From Clostridia bacterium (GTDB taxonomy: Bacteria > Bacillota > Peptococcia > DRI-13 > SM3-B62), in contig JAHDQS010000045.1 in assembly GCA_018433675.1 (NCBI GenBank), positions 70,356 to 134,355 on the forward strand: a stretch of DNA of 64,000 nt, read 5' to 3'. The notes under the pieces are model-generated. The model had not been told where the DNA came from. It did no database searches and worked only from the letters and a program-made list of their open reading frames with translations. A program made the translations under genes and the position numbers. Below are positions 59,173 through 64,000 of this stretch, one piece after another; within the stretch, counting starts at the first letter, position 1; each line of letters opens with the position of its first letter.

Positions 59173-61299
59173 TTACATGCTTACCTCGTCGAGTGGATAG
59201 AGATTATATTGCTTGATGATGTTGATGAGTTTCAGCGGGTACTTGGAATCCGTAGCGTATCCGCACCTTCTCAAGGCCCAAGCGCCCAGGGTGTAATCAT
59301 TCATGACTTCCCTGAACGGAGCGTATCTGTCCTTAAGCAAGAGGAGGTCCTTGTGGTCATCCCAGCTGTCCTCCGCCTGCTGATAGGCTCGAAAGGCTGC
59401 GTCTACGCGGAAGGTATTGCCGTTGTACTCCTCCCAGGTGTTGGAGGTTACCGAGCCCGCGGAACCCTGTCCTTTGATGCCAAAGATGTTGTTGGAAAGC
59501 TTCCCGGTGTACTTATCCACCGGTGTGCTTTGTCCCCAGCCTGTTTCCAGGATGGCTTGCGCAGCCTGCAAGGCCGCAGACATGCCGGTTTTCTGCTGGG
59601 ATTTAACGGCTAATTGAGAAACAAAGCTCAGGAAGCTGTTTTTTTCCATCAGGGGCTTGGCAGGAAAGATGGTGCCCAGGTAAAAGCGAATAGGGATTGT
59701 CTCGCTGTTAATTACCTGTCCCGCATTCGTTCTTCCTGTGGCCTGGATGAGCCAGTTGCCTCCATCCGCACTTGTTGGTGTATAGGAGTATTCTGCGGAA
59801 GAATCATTTCCGGAGGCGATAACTCTTTTTGCTCCGGTCTGCGGATTGATCAGCAGGTATTCGATACTGCCGAGTTCGACATTAGCGATTGATTTCAGTT
59901 TTACCGCGTCTGTCAATACCTGATTGGGGCCGACGGTTTGTAAAAGCAGCTTGGGGGTATTCGTTACATTTACTGTGACGCTTTCTGTCAGATGAGTATT
60001 TCCCGCCGTATCCTTGACTCTGGCCGACAGCTCCCATGTTCCGGCCTGTGCCGGTCCGGGAAACCAAGTACTGCCTGAATACCCATCGGCCGGAGCGATG
60101 ATTTCTGTCTGTCCGGTGGCGGTGTTTTTCAACAGGTATTCAGTCATGGTGACGGGATAATTCCTCCAGACCCAGAGGGTAACAGGTTTGTTGATTGTTG
60201 ATCCTGCTGAGACTCCGCGGAATTCTTGTTTTTTGGGGACTTCCACTGACAGTGAAACCGAAGGGCTGTTAAAGGCACGTCCCAAGCTGTCGTATGCAAT
60301 AGTCCGGACATTGGTAGCGGCGTTGTCGGCAGGCTCCGGCGACCATTGGTAAGGGCCGTCCGGATCAACTTCATCAGTGATAGTGATTTTCCCCGTTTTA
60401 TGGTTGGTAAACTCATATTTTATGTATTCTGCCAAAAAGTTAGTGTTGGACCTAATACTAACAGTGTCGGCAACTGTTTGCCCGTTTACTATCCCTGTTA
60501 AACTGACTTGCGGTGTGACCGCCATATTCACAGGGTAAGCGCATCCAGCCAGAAAGTTACCGCTTTTATCATAAAGGGAGGCTGCGAGAACTTGTCTGCC
60601 CTGCTTCGTTGTATCGGGTAACCAGCGATAAGAAGAGGTGAGTTCGGAACCTCTGGCGATTACTACGCCTTTTCCTGTCCCGGGGTCGAGGAGGAAAAAC
60701 CTGATTTCCGTGGCATCGGAGGGCAATGTTCCCGAGAAAGACGCTCTTAGTTCCTGAGCACCTGTAATAGCTTGTCCCGTCTGAATATTAGGGATAGTTA
60801 CGGCAAAAGTCTGGGTTTCCTCCGGCGGCAGGGAGGAGTTGACATATACCGTTCTGCTTGCGTCGTCCCATTTCACTTCAACCCCCAGGGCGTTGCTGAT
60901 CAACCGCAAGGGGACAAAAGTACGATTATCTATGATTTGGGGTGGAACATCGGTGACCCCTAATACTGCTCCGTCTGCTTGATAATCAACCAGGCGATTG
61001 TCGATCCGCAGCCGGACGAAACGTTCTCCCTTGGCAATTATTACGTTTCTTTCAGCTTCCAGCCATTCCACTTGGGCCTTAAGGGACTCGGAAACAAGCC
61101 GTACCGGTATCAAGGTTCGACCATTTTTAATAACCGGTTGAGGCGAGGATGTTACTTCCACCCCGTCAATTACCAGCCTTATACCGGCAGCCTCAATATC
61201 CGAAGAAGCTATTCCCAATGTCAGGATAAGGGCCATCATCGGTACAAGCAGTACTTTCACTTTCCTTGAAGAGAAAAACCTTTTAAAGATCATCAGCAT
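59173..61299 (-). CDS. secreted cell-wall hydrolase: copper-amine-oxidase-N-like stalk domains, Ig-like repeats and a C-terminal GH73 glucosaminidase
   Basis: ATG at 61299 after GAGGAGGG; signal peptide. Two IDGV......P.I.N.RT.VPLR repeats. C-terminal AQAILETGWGQS...NNIFGIKG. Confidence 0.85.
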   Translation of the reverse strand: MLMIFKRFFSSRKVKVLLVPMMALILTLGIASSDIEAAGIRLVIDGVEVTSSPQPVIKNGRTLIPVRLVSESLKAQVEWLEAERNVIIAKGERFVRLRIDNRLVDYQADGAVLGVTDVPPQIIDNRTFVPLRLISNALGVEVKWDDASRTVYVNSSLPPEETQTFAVTIPNIQTGQAITGAQELRASFSGTLPSDATEIRFFLLDPGTGKGVVIARGSELTSSYRWLPDTTKQGRQVLAASLYDKSGNFLAGCAYPVNMAVTPQVSLTGIVNGQTVADTVSIRSNTNFLAEYIKYEFTNHKTGKITITDEVDPDGPYQWSPEPADNAATNVRTIAYDSLGRAFNSPSVSLSVEVPKKQEFRGVSAGSTINKPVTLWVWRNYPVTMTEYLLKNTATGQTEIIAPADGYSGSTWFPGPAQAGTWELSARVKDTAGNTHLTESVTVNVTNTPKLLLQTVGPNQVLTDAVKLKSIANVELGSIEYLLINPQTGAKRVIASGNDSSAEYSYTPTSADGGNWLIQATGRTNAGQVINSETIPIRFYLGTIFPAKPLMEKNSFLSFVSQLAVKSQQKTGMSAALQAAQAILETGWGQSTPVDKYTGKLSNNIFGIKGQGSAGSVTSNTWEEYNGNTFRVDAAFRAYQQAEDSWDDHKDLLLLKDRYAPFREVMNDYTLGAWALRRCGYATDSKYPLKLINIIKQYNLYPLDEVSM

Positions 61300-61564
61300 C
61301 ACACCCTCCTCTTTGAAACCATCATATCCTATATTGACGATCAGGGGGAGGGGTTTGTTCCCGGTGTCATTATTTGGCAGATGTTGTCGAAATATGATGG
61401 AAAAAAATGCTATAAAAGTAAGAAAAAATGATGTATACTTTATATTGACCAATGAATACCTGCTAATTTGCTATATTCGGAGTTAGTACGTGTTTGGGGT
61501 TTTCGTAAAAATATCAACAGAAATAAATAAAAACAGGCAAGAAAAAATAAGGGGGAATATACTG

Positions 61565-64000
61565 ATGAATATTAGAAAAGGATGCAAAATTATAACAACT
61601 GTTGTTTTATTAATAGCATTTTTATCTACTAACTTTGCGTTTGCAATGGATAATAGCGAAACGCCGATTAATAACGATAAGGTAATAGATGAAGTAATAC
61701 CGGAAATAATACCGGTGTCCGGTGTTGTTTTGGATGATGAGACCTTGAGTATAGAAATAGATAACAGCCATGAACTGGCTATAAATATATCCCCGGAAAA
61801 TGCAACCAATCAAGAAGTGACTTGGACAAGCAGTGATGACGATGTGGCAACAGTGAATGAAAATGGCACAGTAACAGGGCTTTCCTTAGGGACTTCTACT
61901 ATTACGGTAATCACAGCAGATGGGGGATTCACTGCTGAGTGCCTTGTTGGAATAATAGAGAAAGAAATTAAAGAAAAGAATGTAATAAAAGACCTCCGCC
62001 CTGTTGTTATAGGGTCAGAGGAATACCAAACAGATAGATTCATCATCAAATATAAGGATAATAACGGCGAGAAAGAAAGGCTACAGCATAGTGAACTCTT
62101 TCAAGACAAGCTTGCCAAGGTAAAAAAGATCAAGGAAGCAAAGAGTCAAAACTATGAACAGGTAGTTTTAAATCAGTCCCTTAAAACAAAAGACTTTATT
62201 GATGCCATAAGCGGTAAAAGCCAGACTGCCGAAATCGAATACATTCAGCCTGACTATCAATTAAGTCTTTCTTCAAGCGATCCCTATTTTAATAGTCAAT
62301 GGGGGGTAGAGAATTCGGAAAACGAATCTGTATCACAAGATGAACCATTGAGGCAAGAAAGAATTCACCGGCTTCCCCCCCATTTAAGGGATATGCTGGA
62401 GAGATATCCTGAATTAATGGAAATGGTTCTGAACACACCGCCGGAGGAATTGAGGGAAACCCTTCTGCGGGGCGATGCGGCAGGTGATATGCCCGGCGAT
62501 ATTCCCCCTCATGTATTTTTTGAACTGGCCCATCAACTTCCATATTGGGAGATGGCGGATAATGAAGCCGCGCAACAGGGGTATCTTTGTGACGCCGATG
62601 TCGTCGGAGCCTGGGAGAAATCATTGGGAGAAGGAACCATCGTTGCGGTAATCGACACCGGAATCGACATAAACCACGAAGACTTAGCCGAGAATATCTG
62701 GATAAATACAGGGGAAATACCCGGAAACGGCATTGATGATGATAACAACGGTTATGTTGATGACGTCAACGGATGGAACTTTCCTGATGATAACAGTATT
62801 ATTTTTAACAATGGAAATCCTCAGGAAGAAAAGCATGGAACCCACATTGCCGGAACAATTGCCGCTGTTAAGGATAACGAAAAAGGCATCACAGGAACTG
62901 CCCCTAAGGCAGAAGTCATGGCGCTGAAAGCGTTTGCCAATGGAACTGCCTATACCAGCGATATAATTGCGGCGATAGAATATGCCGAAAAGATGGGGGC
63001 AAAAATTGCAAACTGCAGTTGGGGCAGTACTATGGATAATCCGGCACTGGAGGAAGCAATAGAAGAAAGCGAGATGCTTTTTGTCTGTGCCGCAGGGAAC
63101 AGTGGAGCAGATATAGATTCTAATCCGGTTTATCCCGCATCCTTTGGATATGACAACATTATTTCCGTAGCTTCGGTGGGCAGGTGCGGACAATTATCAT
63201 CCTTTTCCAATTATGGGCAGACAGCGGTCGATGTGGCGGCGCCGGGGGAAGACATCATCAGCACAACACCGGGAAACAACTATGAAAATATGAGCGGCAC
63301 CTCCATGGCCGCAGCTTTTGTATCGGGAGAAGCGGCGCTTTTATTAGGCATGGAAAGCAGTTTAAGCCCGGTGGGTGTCAAGGATAGGATCATAAGGTAC
63401 AGTGACAGGTTATCTTCTCTGACAGAAAAAGTGCTTTCAAGCAATAAGGTAAACTTCACAAACGCGGTTTATGAAATATATAACGATGAGATTATTATGG
63501 TGGAAGAGGGAACAAGTAGTGGGACAAACAATATGATATTCCCCGGTTCGGACGGATTCACCTTGTTCGATGCTTCGTCAACCGGACTGTTGAATGTGGT
63601 ACAAGTAGCCGGAGGGTATTATCACAGTTTGGCGTTAAAGGAAGACGGGACAGTGTGGACCTGGGGACGTAATAATTATGGGCAACTGGGAGATGGAACG
63701 ACAACGCAGAGGACAAGTCCGGTACAAGTGAGCGGTTTGAGTGGGGTAAAAGCCATAGCTGGAGGAAGTGATTACAGTATGGCGTTGAAGGAAGACGGGA
63801 CAGTGTGGACATGGGGACGGAATTATTATGGGCAATTGGGAGATGGAACTACGACAAATAGGACAAGTCCGGTGCAGGTGAGCGGATTAACAGGAGTAAA
63901 AGCCATAGCAGGAGGAGGTTATTACAGTCTGGCATTGAAGGAAGATGGGACAGTGTGGTCCTGGGGAGATAATAATTATGGGCAATTGGGAGATGGAACT
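61565..64000 (+). CDS. secreted Big_2 / subtilisin (S8) / RCC1-repeat protein, 3'-truncated by window edge (not in the supplied ORF track)
   Basis: Hand translation from the ATG at 61565 gives 812 codons open to nt 64000. Signal peptide MNIRKGCKIITTVVLLIAFLSTNFAFA. Big_2 segment NQEVTWTSSDDDVATVNENGTVTGLSLGTSTITV. Catalytic triad VAVIDTGID (62654), HGTHIAG (62834), SGTSMAAAF (63302). Followed by RCC1 blades. Confidence 0.85.
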   Translation, partial: MNIRKGCKIITTVVLLIAFLSTNFAFAMDNSETPINNDKVIDEVIPEIIPVSGVVLDDETLSIEIDNSHELAINISPENATNQEVTWTSSDDDVATVNENGTVTGLSLGTSTITVITADGGFTAECLVGIIEKEIKEKNVIKDLRPVVIGSEEYQTDRFIIKYKDNNGEKERLQHSELFQDKLAKVKKIKEAKSQNYEQVVLNQSLKTKDFIDAISGKSQTAEIEYIQPDYQLSLSSSDPYFNSQWGVENSENESVSQDEPLRQERIHRLPPHLRDMLERYPELMEMVLNTPPEELRETLLRGDAAGDMPGDIPPHVFFELAHQLPYWEMADNEAAQQGYLCDADVVGAWEKSLGEGTIVAVIDTGIDINHEDLAENIWINTGEIPGNGIDDDNNGYVDDVNGWNFPDDNSIIFNNGNPQEEKHGTHIAGTIAAVKDNEKGITGTAPKAEVMALKAFANGTAYTSDIIAAIEYAEKMGAKIANCSWGSTMDNPALEEAIEESEMLFVCAAGNSGADIDSNPVYPASFGYDNIISVASVGRCGQLSSFSNYGQTAVDVAAPGEDIISTTPGNNYENMSGTSMAAAFVSGEAALLLGMESSLSPVGVKDRIIRYSDRLSSLTEKVLSSNKVNFTNAVYEIYNDEIIMVEEGTSSGTNNMIFPGSDGFTLFDASSTGLLNVVQVAGGYYHSLALKEDGTVWTWGRNNYGQLGDGTTTQRTSPVQVSGLSGVKAIAGGSDYSMALKEDGTVWTWGRNYYGQLGDGTTTNRTSPVQVSGLTGVKAIAGGGYYSLALKEDGTVWSWGDNNYGQLGDGT
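63585..64000 (+). repeat. tandem 150-nt (50-codon) RCC1-blade repeats, at least 2.7 copies, continuing past the window
   Basis: GGCGTTAAAGGAAGACGGGACAGTGTGGAC-type units recur at 63631, 63781 and 63931. The peptide unit is GGxxYSxALKEDGTVWTWGxNxYGQLGDGTTTxRTSPVQVSGLxGVKAIA. Confidence 0.85.

Noticed and set aside
59209-63193. ORFs antisense to or out of frame within the GH73 and S8-RCC1 genes (for example 59209-59613 plus, 60979-61269 plus, 62289-62624 minus, 62684-63193 minus).
   Set aside because: They are embedded in longer frames with clear catalytic motifs and have no independent signals.
63585-64000. Tandem repeats considered as a possible CRISPR array or minisatellite.
   Set aside because: The 150-nt period is in frame within a coding region and encodes RCC1 blades. 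There is no repeat-spacer structure, and no CRISPR array exists elsewhere in the window.

Overview
This 64-kb window looks like an endospore-forming Firmicute (Clostridia-like). The evidence is an alpha/beta-type SASP gene, a LonB sporulation protease and murI-rph-rdgB-tRNA-tig-clpP-clpX-lonB-lon-engB synteny. Nt 1-33895 are the 3' part of a very large trans-AT (AT-less) type I polyketide synthase, encoded by three translationally coupled ORFs; the first is cut by the window edge. I count 8 KS (the last two lack the first catalytic His, so KS0), 6 DH, 7 KR, 1 C-methyltransferase, 8 ACP and 1 serine-less ACP. No AT, ER, TE, C or A domain is visible. An MFS exporter overlaps the last PKS stop codon (ATGA). 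A fused LutB/LutA-like Fe-S oxidoreductase and a LutC-like gene follow with no recognisable terminator. From about 38.3 kb the sequence looks more A+T-rich and carries conserved housekeeping genes: an SH3b amidase, a UPF0316 protein, murI, rph, rdgB, five tRNAs, tig, clpP, clpX, SASP, lonB, lon and engB. Nt 52.9-59.2 kb is a small accessory patch. It holds an XRE-S24 repressor with a perfect inverted-repeat operator, an orphan membrane-anchored SBP, a small HTH gene, a membrane protein, a 570-nt noncoding gap, a Phd-Uma2 fusion protein, an MNT/HepT toxin-antitoxin pair, and an ECF S-component plus kinase. The window ends with a secreted GH73 glucosaminidase (minus strand) and a secreted Big_2-subtilisin-RCC1-repeat protein. 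That last ORF runs off the window and is absent from the ORF track, so I translated it by hand. The main candidate for an undescribed system is the PKS line, mainly for its terminal KS0|DH-ACP-KS0-ACP architecture with no release domain. All domain boundaries are approximate, read by eye from motifs. Coordinates in homopolymer-rich noncoding stretches may be off by 1 nt.
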